DNA from: Thermodesulfovibrionales bacterium
GTDB lineage: Bacteria > Nitrospirota > Thermodesulfovibrionia > Thermodesulfovibrionales > SM23-35
NCBI GenBank assembly: GCA_963715195.1
Contig: CAVQRT010000014.1
Span: forward strand, 30,333-94,332
Length of the DNA: 64,000 nt
Reading direction: 5' to 3'
The notes beneath the pieces were generated by a model. It saw only the letters and a list, made by a program, of their open reading frames with translations, made no database searches and was not told where the DNA came from. Shown here in pieces: positions 1 through 10,089 of this stretch (position 1 is the first letter of the stretch; each line of letters opens with the position of its first letter). The translations under genes and the position numbers were made by a program.

Positions 1-318
1 AAAGAGAATATTGAAAAGCGGACCGGAAAAAACGATCAGAAACCGTTTCCAGACTTCCTGGAAATTATACGCAAAGGGTTTATCCGCGTCGCTCATCTCA
101 TCTCCCGGTGTCTCACCGAGCATTTTTACGTATCCCCCAAGAGGTATTGCAGAGATGCGGTATTCGGTATCACCGAATTGTTTGCCTATGAGTTTTGGCC
201 CGAACCCGAGGGAGAATTTTAATACCCTGACTCCCATCAGTTTTGCGAAAAGGAAATGCCCGAGCTCATGGACAAAGATAATGACGCCGAGCAGAATGAT
301 TGCTGAAATTAATGACAT
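1..318 (-). CDS. rseP: RIP metalloprotease RseP, N-terminal part (runs off window start)
   Basis: Manual translation of the minus strand from ATG 318 gives MSLISAIILLGVIIFVHELGHFLFAKLMGVRVLKFSLGFGP with HExxH; AGGAG RBS; follows dxr. Confidence 0.92.
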   Translation of the reverse strand, partial: MSLISAIILLGVIIFVHELGHFLFAKLMGVRVLKFSLGFGPKLIGKQFGDTEYRISAIPLGGYVKMLGETPGDEMSDADKPFAYNFQEVWKRFLIVFSGPLFNILF

Positions 319-370
319 ACGTTGACTCCTGAAATAGTATTCATAGTTGCCTGCATATTGCCTGTATTTT

Positions 371-1537
371 CTATGATAACGTTTTGATTACTCTTTCTGC
401 TGTTCTTCTTGCCCACCGGTCAGCCTCTGTAATAACATGAAGCTCTGTGTCCGGTCCGGCCACATGCTTATCCATCGTTTCCTTGATAACCACCGGGATC
501 TCTGTGAACCTGATGATCCCTTTCAGAAACGCATTCACTGCAATTTCATCGGCAGCATTGAGCACACACGGCATTGTGCCGCCTGTCTCTAAAGCCCTGT
601 ACGCGTATGAAAGGCACGGGAACGAAATTCCCCCCGGTTGTTTGAAGGTCAGGGTCCCGATTTCGTGGAGCGAAAGTCCGTCGATAACGTTATCGATCCG
701 CTGTGGGTAGGTCAGAGCATATGCGATAGGACCTTTCATGTCGGGAACCGAAAGCTGTGCAATGCAGCTCCTGTCGTTGAATTCGACGACGGAATGCACG
801 ATGCTCTGCGGATGAATAACCACATGAATGCTCTGACGGGGAAGACCGAAGAGATGATGGGCTTCGATCACCTCAAATCCCTTATTCATGAGCGTTGCAG
901 AATCGATGGTTATCTTTTTCCCCATTTTCCATCTCGGATGTTTCAGCGCCTCCTCCGGGGTTATGGCACCCATGTCGGCGGGTCGTCTTTCTGCAAACGG
1001 GCCGCCTGAAGCGGTCAGGATGATACTTCTCAGCGCAGATTTCCGGTGGCCTTCGATGCATTGGAATACCGCGCTGTGTTCACTGTCAACAGGAATGATC
1101 CTCGCACGGCACCGCTTTGCTTCGCTCATGAGAATTCTGCCTGCCATTACCAGCGCCTCTTTATTTGCGAGGCCGATCGTTTTTCCTGAACGCACTGCAG
1201 ACAGGGTCGGAATGAGCCCTGCCGCTCCGACAATCGCGGAAAGGACAAAGTCCGAGGCCTCATATGCAGCAGCATCAGCGATGCCGTCCTGGCCAGACAC
1301 GATTTTTGATAAAGAAGCACGCTTTTTCCCGATTCTCTTTTTTAACTGGTTTTCAGCCTCTTTGTCGGCAACAGCCACAACATCGGGAGAAAAAGATTCC
1401 ATTTGTTTGTCGAGAAGGGCGACGTTGCTTCCCGCGGTCAGTACGGTTACCCTGAACCGGTCCCGGTGTGAGGATATGATATCGAGGGCGTTCCTCCCGA
1501 TTGATCCTGTTGACCCGAGAATTGCTATATGTCTCAT
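371..1537 (-). CDS. dxr: 1-deoxy-D-xylulose 5-phosphate reductoisomerase
   Basis: ILGSTGSIG, LANKE, PVDSEHSA and WKMGKKITIDSATLMNKG motifs. Confidence 0.98.
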   Translation of the reverse strand: MRHIAILGSTGSIGRNALDIISSHRDRFRVTVLTAGSNVALLDKQMESFSPDVVAVADKEAENQLKKRIGKKRASLSKIVSGQDGIADAAAYEASDFVLSAIVGAAGLIPTLSAVRSGKTIGLANKEALVMAGRILMSEAKRCRARIIPVDSEHSAVFQCIEGHRKSALRSIILTASGGPFAERRPADMGAITPEEALKHPRWKMGKKITIDSATLMNKGFEVIEAHHLFGLPRQSIHVVIHPQSIVHSVVEFNDRSCIAQLSVPDMKGPIAYALTYPQRIDNVIDGLSLHEIGTLTFKQPGGISFPCLSYAYRALETGGTMPCVLNAADEIAVNAFLKGIIRFTEIPVVIKETMDKHVAGPDTELHVITEADRWARRTAERVIKTLS

Positions 1538-1608
1538 GGGGGAAATAGGCCGGATTCAGAGAATGAAAAGCGCCGGTAATCTCCGTTGTGTAGCCTTGCC
1601 ATGACGCT

Positions 1609-2391
1609 CTATGCGAACCCTTTCACGATCCAGTACAGGAATGGTCCTGCAAACAGGGAACCGTCGATTTTATCCAGGATGCCTCCGTGTCCGGGGATGA
1701 TGGTGCCCGAATCCTTAACCCCTGCATCCCTTTTAAACATGGATTCTACGAGATCGCCTAGTATAGAGATTATTCCCACCATTATACCAATGAAAATTGC
1801 CGGTACGACGTGCAGCTGAGGGACTATCAGAATGCGCAGGACAAGAGCTCCTGCAATGCCTCCGATAACAGAACCTCCTGCGCCGGCGACAGTCTTATTC
1901 GGACTCACTTCCCTGTAGAGCCTGCGCTTTCCGATGCCCTTGCCAATATAGTATGCCAGTGAGTCAGATGCCCAGACTGTTGCGTAGAGGAAGAGTATCC
2001 ATTCAGGTCCGATATGCCTAAGCTGCCCCTGAAAGGTGAGTAATCCGGGTATATAGATAAGGCCGATAACCGGAGGGGCCAGCTCAGAAAGAGAGGAGGA
2101 AGGGTCTTTTTTCAGCAGGAGCCTCAAGACCATGATTGCCATTGCAGCAACCATGACGGCATCGGAAAAGTATTCGGCCGCAAAAAAGGAAACACTGAGG
2201 ATTGCCGATCCCGACAGGAGACAGGCATATTTCATCGGCACGTCAAGACGGTACATGGCGCAAAATTCAGAGAGCGCAACAAACGAGACAGCGAGAAGAA
2301 GAAAGAAGAAGAATATCGGCGGCAGGTACATGATGTAGAGATAGAAGAGGGGAAGAAAAATAAAGGCTACAACCAGTCTCTTACTGTGCAT
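1609..2391 (-). CDS. cdsA: phosphatidate cytidylyltransferase
   Basis: SPNKT and GDLVESMFKRDAGVKDSG..IPGHGGILDKID motifs; hydrophobic. Confidence 0.96.
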   Translation of the reverse strand: MHSKRLVVAFIFLPLFYLYIMYLPPIFFFFLLLAVSFVALSEFCAMYRLDVPMKYACLLSGSAILSVSFFAAEYFSDAVMVAAMAIMVLRLLLKKDPSSSLSELAPPVIGLIYIPGLLTFQGQLRHIGPEWILFLYATVWASDSLAYYIGKGIGKRRLYREVSPNKTVAGAGGSVIGGIAGALVLRILIVPQLHVVPAIFIGIMVGIISILGDLVESMFKRDAGVKDSGTIIPGHGGILDKIDGSLFAGPFLYWIVKGFA

Positions 2392-3100
2392 CTAACCTCG
2401 CCGGGATCGCACCGAACCTCCGCTCCCTCTGCTGGTAGTCCTGTATTGCGAGGAGGAATTCATCCTTCGAAAAATCGGGCCAGAGGGTCTCAGTAAAATA
2501 GAGTTCTGCATAGGCAGCCTGCCAGAGGAGGAAATTGCTGATGCGCTTTTCCCCGCTTGTTCTGATAATCAGGTCAGGCGGGGGGATGCCGGCGGTGTCG
2601 AGAAAAGAACTGAATACCTCTTCGGTCAGTGCATCCGCTACAATACCGGAACGGAGAATTTTCCTGACTGCCCTGACGATTTCGTTTCTTCCGCTATAAC
2701 TGAGTGCTGTGACGAGTATCATGCCGTTATTCGAGGATGTCTTCTCCTCGGCATGTTTAATGACGCTTTGAATGTGTTCAGGAAGCCTCCATATCTCTCC
2801 GATAGCCCTGAACACTATACCGTCCCGCATCAATCTGTCGAGTTCTTTTTTCAGATATACTTCGAGGAGCTTCATAAGGGTCGACACTTCCGCAGACGGC
2901 CTCTGCCAGTTCTCTGTTGAAAAGGCATACAGTGTCAAGGACCTGAGTCCCAGTTCAGCAGCGCATTCAATAATTTCTTTCGACCGCTCCGCGCCCCGCC
3001 GGTGCCCTTCGATTCTCGGGAGACCCCGCAGTTCAGCCCATCTTCCGTTCCCGTCCATGATAATCCCGACATGATGAGGTATTCGGCCGGTGAGTAACAT
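2381..3100 (-). CDS. uppS: undecaprenyl diphosphate synthase
   Basis: IMDGNGRWA, FSTENWQRP, RTSGEKRISNFLLWQ. Confidence 0.97.
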   Translation of the reverse strand: MLLTGRIPHHVGIIMDGNGRWAELRGLPRIEGHRRGAERSKEIIECAAELGLRSLTLYAFSTENWQRPSAEVSTLMKLLEVYLKKELDRLMRDGIVFRAIGEIWRLPEHIQSVIKHAEEKTSSNNGMILVTALSYSGRNEIVRAVRKILRSGIVADALTEEVFSSFLDTAGIPPPDLIIRTSGEKRISNFLLWQAAYAELYFTETLWPDFSKDEFLLAIQDYQQRERRFGAIPARLDAQ

Positions 3101-3108
3101 TCAGCTCC

Positions 3109-4854
3109 TCAGATTCCTTTCAAGGGGTAGACAGAGAGTTCCTTTTTTACCAGGTTTTCACCCTTCAAAATATTCCCTGCCCTTATGCCGAATAAGGGAC
3201 TGGCAAGAACAAAGATATTATCGCTCGTAACCGCATAATCCATGATGGTGCCGTCTACTCCGTCTACAACGATGCTTTCTTCCATGGAAAAACCATTCCA
3301 CCGCAGGCTGCGTATCCGGGATTTCTTATAGCCGAACCCTTTTATCATATCCAGGAAAGGTATCCTTTGCACGTAGAGGATATCCTGTTGCCTGAAAAGC
3401 AGCCTGTCTTTCACCGACCATTCACCCCGGTCAACCATTGCCGAAGAGGCATCCTTCCGGAATGTTGTCAGAAAATTTCCCGCGGCAGTTTTGCTTTTCC
3501 AGAGCTTCAGCCCATTTTTGTCGTATACCGTGAAGTAACCCTTTTCATCATATGCGAGCAACAGCCTGCCCGCCTCCGGATCTTCGAAGAATATGAAATC
3601 ATAAATATTGACGCCTCCGGGTAATGTGAGGGCATCACCTTTTTTCAAGGTCCCTTCCCATGAGAGATTGAATACATCACCGTCGAATCCGAGATGGCGT
3701 GAATACGGCTGGGCAAAAAGCTTATCGCCTATTTTCCTCATGAACACATTGTCCTGGTAGAGCAGAATAAATGCTTTTCCGTCGTATTCATAAATCGAAG
3801 ATGTAATATCATCACTCTTCATTGTTGGTTCATTATTAGACATGACAGTGGACCCCTTCATTGATGTGACAATGATCTCATCCTTGCCGTTTTTATTGAT
3901 GTCTGCGGAATCAATCCAAATATGATGATCACGGGTAGACCCCTGAATGGTAATCCCTCCGAGCGCCGGATGCAGGTCTCTGTCCAGTGCATAGACAATG
4001 AGATCTGTGCCCGTGCTGAAGATCAGTTCTTTTTTTCCGTCTCCGTCGACATCGCACATGATGAGGAACTTTGCTGCAGCCGGCACATCGAACTGTGTAA
4101 GGGGCTGGTGCTTCTCAACGGTGAAAAATTTCTCGCCGATGGAAAGTTCTTTTTCGAGAGCCTGATCGATTTTCGCCTCCATCGATCCGATCTGCAGCCC
4201 GTCGGATACCCAGTAAAGCTTCTGCGTAAGGAATATCTCATCCCCTGTCTTTTTCGTGCTTACAAGAAGCGCCACGTCGGCGTTCAGCCGCCTGGCCTCT
4301 TCGAGAACTTCTTCCGGTTTGTCGGTCTCAAGAGCAGTGTCGATGATCTGAACCCTTCCGGTATCTTTTAGTCTCCGGTAATAATACTCAGCCAATTGCC
4401 AGTCGGTATCCCTGGATTGACAGAAGAGGAGGTTAATCTTGAGTCCGGATATCCTAACCGTATCACCTGCTTTTGCATCACCTTCGATAATGATGCCGGT
4501 GAATGCATCTTCAGTGGCTTCCTTCACCTGCAGCTTGCCGACAAGTGATTCAAGGTTTCCGAGCAGTTCTTTGGTAACGGGGTGTCTGAAGGGCGCTTCT
4601 TTTCTCAGGATCTGAAACCTCATACCCGTCTTTACAGAATCTTTTGCGCCTATATTTACAGCAACCTGTTTTCCCTCAACTGAAAGAATGCTCCCTTGCA
4701 GGGGCTTGAAATAGGAGGTGGTTGCATCAAGCATGGTATCTATTGCACGGTCTTCTGCATGCACGGCAGGGCAGGCGCAGTGCAGGACGAGCAACAGAAA
4801 CATGCACCTGAGCAGCCTCCGTCCTGTCTGAAGTATGATCGGGACAAACAGCAT
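3109..4854 (-). CDS. secreted protein with FG-GAP/VCBS-like repeats
   Basis: N-terminal signal-like segment; DVDGDGKKEL and DINKNGKDEI motifs; fills the nusB-uppS gap co-directionally. Confidence 0.7.
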   Translation of the reverse strand: MLFVPIILQTGRRLLRCMFLLLVLHCACPAVHAEDRAIDTMLDATTSYFKPLQGSILSVEGKQVAVNIGAKDSVKTGMRFQILRKEAPFRHPVTKELLGNLESLVGKLQVKEATEDAFTGIIIEGDAKAGDTVRISGLKINLLFCQSRDTDWQLAEYYYRRLKDTGRVQIIDTALETDKPEEVLEEARRLNADVALLVSTKKTGDEIFLTQKLYWVSDGLQIGSMEAKIDQALEKELSIGEKFFTVEKHQPLTQFDVPAAAKFLIMCDVDGDGKKELIFSTGTDLIVYALDRDLHPALGGITIQGSTRDHHIWIDSADINKNGKDEIIVTSMKGSTVMSNNEPTMKSDDITSSIYEYDGKAFILLYQDNVFMRKIGDKLFAQPYSRHLGFDGDVFNLSWEGTLKKGDALTLPGGVNIYDFIFFEDPEAGRLLLAYDEKGYFTVYDKNGLKLWKSKTAAGNFLTTFRKDASSAMVDRGEWSVKDRLLFRQQDILYVQRIPFLDMIKGFGYKKSRIRSLRWNGFSMEESIVVDGVDGTIMDYAVTSDNIFVLASPLFGIRAGNILKGENLVKKELSVYPLKGI

Positions 4855-4860
4855 CGGGTA

Positions 4861-5274
4861 TTATACCTTCCCGGCCTCTTTTGCGAGACGGTCGAGAATG
4901 CCATTCAAAAAAGCGGCTGCCTCGATGGAGGAATACTTTTTGGCAATTTCGAGTGCCTCGTTTATGGTGACAGCAGACGGGATATCCTCTCTGTAAAGGA
5001 TTTCATATGCGGAGAACCTGAGGATATTCCTGTCAACGGCTGCAATTCTTTTCAGTATCCAGTTTTCAGCAACTTTTTCGATCATTGCATCTATCTTGTC
5101 GAGGTTTTGTAGGGTTCCCTGTACCAGTTCCACGGCAAAATCTTTCACATCACTCTGTTTATTCTTGTCCGACCAGAATTCATCAAAGATTTTCTTTTCA
5201 TCGTATGGCCTTCCGGTAAAATCCAGCTGAAACAACAGTTGGAGTGCAAACTCCCTCGCCTTGCGCCGCTTCAT
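4861..5274 (-). CDS. nusB: transcription antitermination factor NusB
   Basis: RRKAREFALQ, VDRNILR, INEALEIAKKY, FLNGILD; next to ribH. Confidence 0.97.
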   Translation of the reverse strand: MKRRKAREFALQLLFQLDFTGRPYDEKKIFDEFWSDKNKQSDVKDFAVELVQGTLQNLDKIDAMIEKVAENWILKRIAAVDRNILRFSAYEILYREDIPSAVTINEALEIAKKYSSIEAAAFLNGILDRLAKEAGKV

Positions 5275-5363
5275 GATTCAGCAGGCAGGAGTCGGGAAGC
5301 AGCAGACACGTGCCACCATATTTTACTCCCCGTAATCTGTCCGCCGGGTACACAATGCAGATT

Positions 5364-5825
5364 TCATAGTTTTTTCTGGAGTTGAGCCATCTCGATGGCG
5401 GTGACAGCGGCATCCCAGCCCTTGTTGCCGCTTTTTGTGCCGGCCCTTTCCACCGCCTGTTCGATGGTATCGCTGGTGATGATGCCGAATACTATCGGTA
5501 CCCCTGTCTCCAGGGACACTGATGCTATGCCTTTGGAGACTTCCGCCGCGATATATTCGAAATGAGGCGTCGCTCCCCTGATGATCGTTCCGAGACAAAT
5601 TACGGCATTATACGTTCCCTTCAGAGCCATCTTTCTGGCAATAAGGGGAATCTCAAAAGAACCGGGAACTTTTACCAGGTCGATGTCATCTTCCCGCGCA
5701 CCATGCCTCACCAGTGCATCTTTTGCGCCCTCAAGCAGCTTGCCGGTAATAAATTCGTTAAATCTGCTCATGACAATCCCGAACTTCAGCCCCTTTGCCT
5801 GCAACTCGCCTTCAAATATTTTCAT
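5364..5825 (-). CDS. ribH: 6,7-dimethyl-8-ribityllumazine synthase
   Basis: [29 protein letters not shown]; start chosen at MKIF behind a GGAGG RBS. Confidence 0.97.
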   Translation of the reverse strand: MKIFEGELQAKGLKFGIVMSRFNEFITGKLLEGAKDALVRHGAREDDIDLVKVPGSFEIPLIARKMALKGTYNAVICLGTIIRGATPHFEYIAAEVSKGIASVSLETGVPIVFGIITSDTIEQAVERAGTKSGNKGWDAAVTAIEMAQLQKKL

Positions 5826-5844
5826 ACAGTCCTCCATTCCCGAC

Positions 5845-5920
5845 AGGGTTCGAGGATCCAGGGGTTCATGGGTTCAAGTGATAATTTTCAATTTCTTGAA
5901 CCCTCGAATCCTTAGCCCCT
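5845..5920. repeat. intergenic imperfect palindrome / REP-like hairpin
   Basis: gggttcaag (5870-5878) pairs with cttgaaccc (5895-5903), with further imperfect pairing; iterated gggttc units. Confidence 0.5.
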
Positions 5921-5925
5921 TTTTA

Positions 5926-7143
5926 TTACACGTTATCCAGTATATGCCCCATTTTTTTCTTCTTCGTCTTCAGATAGACAATATTTCTCTCATTAGGGTT
6001 CATTTCGATGGGGACCCTCGAGACGACCTTCAGGTTATACCCTTCGAGTCCAACAATCTTTTTAGGATTGTTCGTCATGAGACGCATCTTTCTCACCCCG
6101 ATGTCAACGAGGATCTGTGCGCCTATCCCGTAATCTCTCAGGTCCGGTTTAAATCCAAGCTTGATGTTTGCTTCGACCGTGTCGAGACCCTTGTCCTGGA
6201 GTTCATACGCCTTCAGTTTATTAATCAAACCTATCCCGCGGCCTTCCTGTTTCATATAGAGGATAACGCCCTTGCCTTCCTTCCTTATCATCTCCATAGC
6301 CTTGTGAAGCTGCTCGCCGCAGTCGCATCTCCGGGATGCGAAGACGTCTCCTGTAAGGCATTCGGAATGCACCCTCACGAGGACTTCGTCATCAGGTTTT
6401 ATCTCTCCCTTTATCAGGGCGATATGCACATTGTTGTCGATCACATTGCCATAGGCGATTGCGGTAAAATCACCGCCGTATGTTGTCGGAAGCTTTACCG
6501 TTGCGAGTCGTTCCACAAACAACTCGGTCCTCATCCTGTATTTGATGATGTCTTTTATGGTGACGATCTTGAGATGATGTTTTTTCGAGAATTCCATTAA
6601 TTCCGGTACCCTCGCCATGGTTCCATCTTCACTCATGATCTCGCAGATCACCCCGGCAACCGTAAGCCGTGCAAGCCGTGCCAGGTCAACGGAACCCTCT
6701 GTCTGTCCGGCTCTCTGCAGGACCCCGCCGGCCTTTGCCCTCAGAGGGAAGATGTGTCCCGGTTTTGCGAGGTCATCCGGCGTTGTCCGGGGATCAATCG
6801 CTGTGAGTATTGTTCTTGCCCGGTCTGATGCGGAAATCCCTGTTGTAACGCCCCGCTTCGCTTCGATTGAGACGGTGAAAGCAGTCCCGAACGGTGACGT
6901 GTTGTCGTCGGTCATCATGGGCAGTTTCAATTCTTCCACCCGCTCGGGCGTCAGGGAGAGACAGATCAGTCCCCGCCCGTATTTTGCCATAAAATTGATT
7001 GCCTCAGGTGTTACTTTTTCTGCTGCCATACAGAGGTCGCCTTCATTCTCTCTGTCTTCATCGTCAACGAGGATGACCATCTTGCCGGCAGCTATGTCAT
7101 CAAGTGCTTCTTCAATGGTATTAAATGTGTACTTCTCCATCAT
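5926..7143 (-). CDS. ribBA: bifunctional DHBP synthase / GTP cyclohydrolase II
   Basis: [36 protein letters not shown]. Confidence 0.98.
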   Translation of the reverse strand: MMEKYTFNTIEEALDDIAAGKMVILVDDEDRENEGDLCMAAEKVTPEAINFMAKYGRGLICLSLTPERVEELKLPMMTDDNTSPFGTAFTVSIEAKRGVTTGISASDRARTILTAIDPRTTPDDLAKPGHIFPLRAKAGGVLQRAGQTEGSVDLARLARLTVAGVICEIMSEDGTMARVPELMEFSKKHHLKIVTIKDIIKYRMRTELFVERLATVKLPTTYGGDFTAIAYGNVIDNNVHIALIKGEIKPDDEVLVRVHSECLTGDVFASRRCDCGEQLHKAMEMIRKEGKGVILYMKQEGRGIGLINKLKAYELQDKGLDTVEANIKLGFKPDLRDYGIGAQILVDIGVRKMRLMTNNPKKIVGLEGYNLKVVSRVPIEMNPNERNIVYLKTKKKKMGHILDNV

Positions 7144-7224
7144 TCATCTTTTCAGACAGGTCCAAAGGGCCGGGGATGACCGGGTGATGAGCCTTGAATC
7201 CTTTGCCCCGTATATCCGCGGATC

Positions 7225-7872
7225 CTATCTGTTCAAGAATCCTCCTTTCATCAGGGTCTTCATGAAATCTGAATCCTTTGCTTCTTCTTTCTGCAGAAAT
7301 TTTGCTACGTATTTCCCCAGGATATCTGCTTCTATATTGACGGAATCGCCGGGACCTTTGAACCCCAGGGTAGTCAGTTTTGCTGTATGCGGAATAATGA
7401 CCAGGGAAAACCTATTTTCCAGTATATCAACAATGGTAAGACTTATGCCATCCACGGCTACGGAACCTTTCTCAACAATGTATTGCATGATCCGGGGAGG
7501 CGCTTCAATCTCAAATTTCCACATATCCCCGATGGCGGCTCTGGAACGAATCTTCCCTACAGCATCCACATGTCCTGTTACAAAATGTCCACCAATTTTC
7601 GAATCAGGCCTCAGTGCATGCTCAAGGTTTACCCGGTCTCCTGTTTTCAGAGTTCCAAGATTGGTGCTTCCCATCGTCTCATCAGAGAGGTCGAACGATA
7701 ACGTTCTGTCCTCTTTCCTGACGACGGTGAGACAGACGCCATTGACGGCAATACTGTCACCGATATCTGCTGTTGCCGATAAATCCCCGGGGAGCAGGGT
7801 CAGCAAGGCTCCGCTGCTCCGCTTTTGTATCATCGTGATGTTTCCCATTTCGAGCACCAGGCCGGTAAACAT
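7225..7872 (-). CDS. ribE: riboflavin synthase
   Basis: Canonical MFTG start, [23 protein letters not shown]. Confidence 0.97.
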   Translation of the reverse strand: MFTGLVLEMGNITMIQKRSSGALLTLLPGDLSATADIGDSIAVNGVCLTVVRKEDRTLSFDLSDETMGSTNLGTLKTGDRVNLEHALRPDSKIGGHFVTGHVDAVGKIRSRAAIGDMWKFEIEAPPRIMQYIVEKGSVAVDGISLTIVDILENRFSLVIIPHTAKLTTLGFKGPGDSVNIEADILGKYVAKFLQKEEAKDSDFMKTLMKGGFLNR

Positions 7873-7873
7873 C

Positions 7874-8230
7874 TTACTCCTCGACATCAACAGTAAAGTG
7901 CAGGGTTTTCTGATACAACCCGAGTACGTCAACTGTCTCTTCCCATGACGTCTTGACGCGGACAGTTTTTGTCTTCCTTGTGACCAGAATATCCTTTTCG
8001 TCCAGAGGGAGTTTCAGTTCCTGGGCTCTTTCGAATATCTGTGCCCTTGTCTTGTCGGTATCACCAAGACTGATCCTCGCCAATTCCTTCACATCTGACT
8101 GGAAGGCTGAATGCTTGTAATACGGAATGCCGAATTTGATACCAAGATAGATACAAAAAACAAGGATAATTGTGACAAGGGTAAATTTGATATACCCTTC
8201 TTGATTACGGTACCCATGCATGTTCTTCAT
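7874..8230 (-). CDS. hypothetical membrane-anchored protein (DUF4845-like)
   Basis: One N-terminal TM after a QEG motif; sits directly downstream of lepB, the usual DUF4845 position. Confidence 0.65.
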   Translation of the reverse strand: MKNMHGYRNQEGYIKFTLVTIILVFCIYLGIKFGIPYYKHSAFQSDVKELARISLGDTDKTRAQIFERAQELKLPLDEKDILVTRKTKTVRVKTSWEETVDVLGLYQKTLHFTVDVEE

Positions 8231-8835
8231 CGTATTAACCTCCCTATCCTGTTAAACCGGAGCCAGTTGTCCGGATCCCAAGACCAGTAGATCATCAGCG
8301 CCTTCCCCCTGATGTCTTTCCTGTCAACAAAACCCCAATATCTGCTGTCATAACTCTGGTCGCGATTGTCACCCATCACGAAAAACTTATCTTTTGGAAC
8401 GACAACAGGTCCGAAGTTGTCCCGCGGATCATTCCCTCCGGGGCGAACAGACCGGTCAAAATGATGAGCAAAGGGTTCGACAAGCGCTCTCCCGTTCACA
8501 TACACTATTTTATTCTTCTCCTCGACTACGTCTCCACCGGTAGCGATAACGCGTTTTATAAAGTCCTTTTTCGGGTTCTCCGGATATTTAAAAACGATGA
8601 TGTCTCCCTGTTCGGGGCTTCGCCATATCAGAATCTTCTTGTCGGTCAGGGGAATTTTTGTGCCGTAGATGAACTTATTTACCAGGATGTGGTCACCGAT
8701 AAGAAGGGTTGGAATCATCGAACCTGAAGGTATCTTGAATGCCTGTATAATATATGCCCGTATGATCAGGGCGAGGATGAGGGCGGTAACGATAGCCTCT
8801 ATGTATTCCCACAAGAGTCCTTTTTTGCTTTTCAA
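8227..8835 (-). CDS. lepB: signal peptidase I
   Basis: IPSGSMIPTL, FIKRV, MGDNRDQSYDSRYWG. Confidence 0.97.
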   Translation of the reverse strand: MKSKKGLLWEYIEAIVTALILALIIRAYIIQAFKIPSGSMIPTLLIGDHILVNKFIYGTKIPLTDKKILIWRSPEQGDIIVFKYPENPKKDFIKRVIATGGDVVEEKNKIVYVNGRALVEPFAHHFDRSVRPGGNDPRDNFGPVVVPKDKFFVMGDNRDQSYDSRYWGFVDRKDIRGKALMIYWSWDPDNWLRFNRIGRLIR

Positions 8836-8910
8836 TCAGTCTTCCTCCTTTATGTGTTTGCTGTCCCGCAAGATTACGGGGTATACATTTTGTATTCCAT
8901 TGGAGCAGTC

Positions 8911-9846
8911 TTACGGAGAACCGTTGGTTGAGCCGAATACCAGCCCTGCAGCCCCGATAATCCCGGCGTCATCTTTGAGATGCGACGGAATAATCCTTAC
9001 CCTGTCAAAGAGTTCCCTGAATGCCTTCTTTGAAGCCTCTTTTATTGCTTCCTGGACATAGATGTCCCATGCACCTACCAGACCTCCGGCGAGGATGACT
9101 GCCTCAGGGCTCATCAGGTTAATCATGGTCGCGATACCGATTCCGAGGTATCTGCCGGCGTTTTTCAGGAGTTCTCTCGCAAGGTTGTCACCGTCGAACG
9201 CCGCCCGATAGATATCTTCCGTTGTGAGTTTGTAGAAATTCCCGCCGCAATACTCCCCCAGGATGCTCTCTCTGCCTGATTCAAGAGCAGAGCTGGCCCG
9301 GGAGAGGATGGCCCTCGCCGAAGCATACAATTCAAGACAGCCATAATTGCCACAGCTGCACTTTTCCCCGTCTGCGTGAATGCTCATGTGACCGATCTCA
9401 GCTGCAATGCGAAGCAATTTTTTGTCATATACTATGCCACCGCCTATTCCTGTCCCGAGGGTTAAAAGAACGAAATTTCCGAGACCTTTCCCGGCACCGG
9501 CCCAGAGCTCACCGAATGCAGCGACATTTGCATCATTCTCAATCAATACCGGTATTCTGAATTTCTCCTCTGCTGCACGAACGATATCAATGTTTTCCAC
9601 CGCATGCAGATTCGGAGAAATAACTACTCTCCTCTCCTCCCTGCTGATCAGGCCGGCTACGCCAAGCCCGATTCCGGCAACTTCTTCGGAAAAGAGTTTC
9701 CCGGTTCCATCGAGAATGGTTTCAAGGAGTCCTTCCTGGGTTGGTTCTTTTATTTTTTGTACAATTTCCCCGTGACGGGAAACAAGGGCAATCCGCAGGT
9801 TCGTTCCTCCAAGGTCAATCCCTATTGCATATTTTTTCTCTATCAT
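8911..9846 (-). CDS. glk: ROK-family sugar kinase (glucokinase)
   Basis: GIDLGGT, ENDANVAA, GTGIGGG, EIGH and CSCGNYGCLE motifs; start overlaps the ferredoxin stop. Confidence 0.9.
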   Translation of the reverse strand: MIEKKYAIGIDLGGTNLRIALVSRHGEIVQKIKEPTQEGLLETILDGTGKLFSEEVAGIGLGVAGLISREERRVVISPNLHAVENIDIVRAAEEKFRIPVLIENDANVAAFGELWAGAGKGLGNFVLLTLGTGIGGGIVYDKKLLRIAAEIGHMSIHADGEKCSCGNYGCLELYASARAILSRASSALESGRESILGEYCGGNFYKLTTEDIYRAAFDGDNLARELLKNAGRYLGIGIATMINLMSPEAVILAGGLVGAWDIYVQEAIKEASKKAFRELFDRVRIIPSHLKDDAGIIGAAGLVFGSTNGSP

Positions 9847-10058
9847 TCTTCTTCCCTGAATACCTCTATCGCAATCTCCGGACACATCCGGGCACACATG
9901 GCACACCCGGTGCACCGGTCAGGATGTTCAGCTGAAGCCGGGAAAACACCCCTCTTATTGAATCTCTCATCAATCACAATGATACCCAAAGGACACGCAT
10001 CGACACAATATGCACATCCCTTGCACAGTTCCTTATCGATGAGAATCATCCCTTTCAT
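9843..10058 (-). CDS. 2x[4Fe-4S] ferredoxin (oxoacid oxidoreductase delta-subunit-like)
   Basis: CKGCAYCVDACP and CTGCAMCARMCP. Confidence 0.9.
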   Translation of the reverse strand: MKGMILIDKELCKGCAYCVDACPLGIIVIDERFNKRGVFPASAEHPDRCTGCAMCARMCPEIAIEVFREEE

Positions 10059-10089
10059 TCTTCTTTGTGTCAGTGGTTATCTAACCCGT

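Noticed and set aside
5581..7948. Long plus-strand ORFs (339 and 443 aa)
   Set aside because: Antisense shadows of ribH, ribBA and ribE with no recognisable motifs; the same applies to most short opposite-strand ORFs in the track.
5821..8230. FMN riboswitch for the rib genes
   Set aside because: No RFN consensus seen, and ribE directly abuts the upstream CDS.
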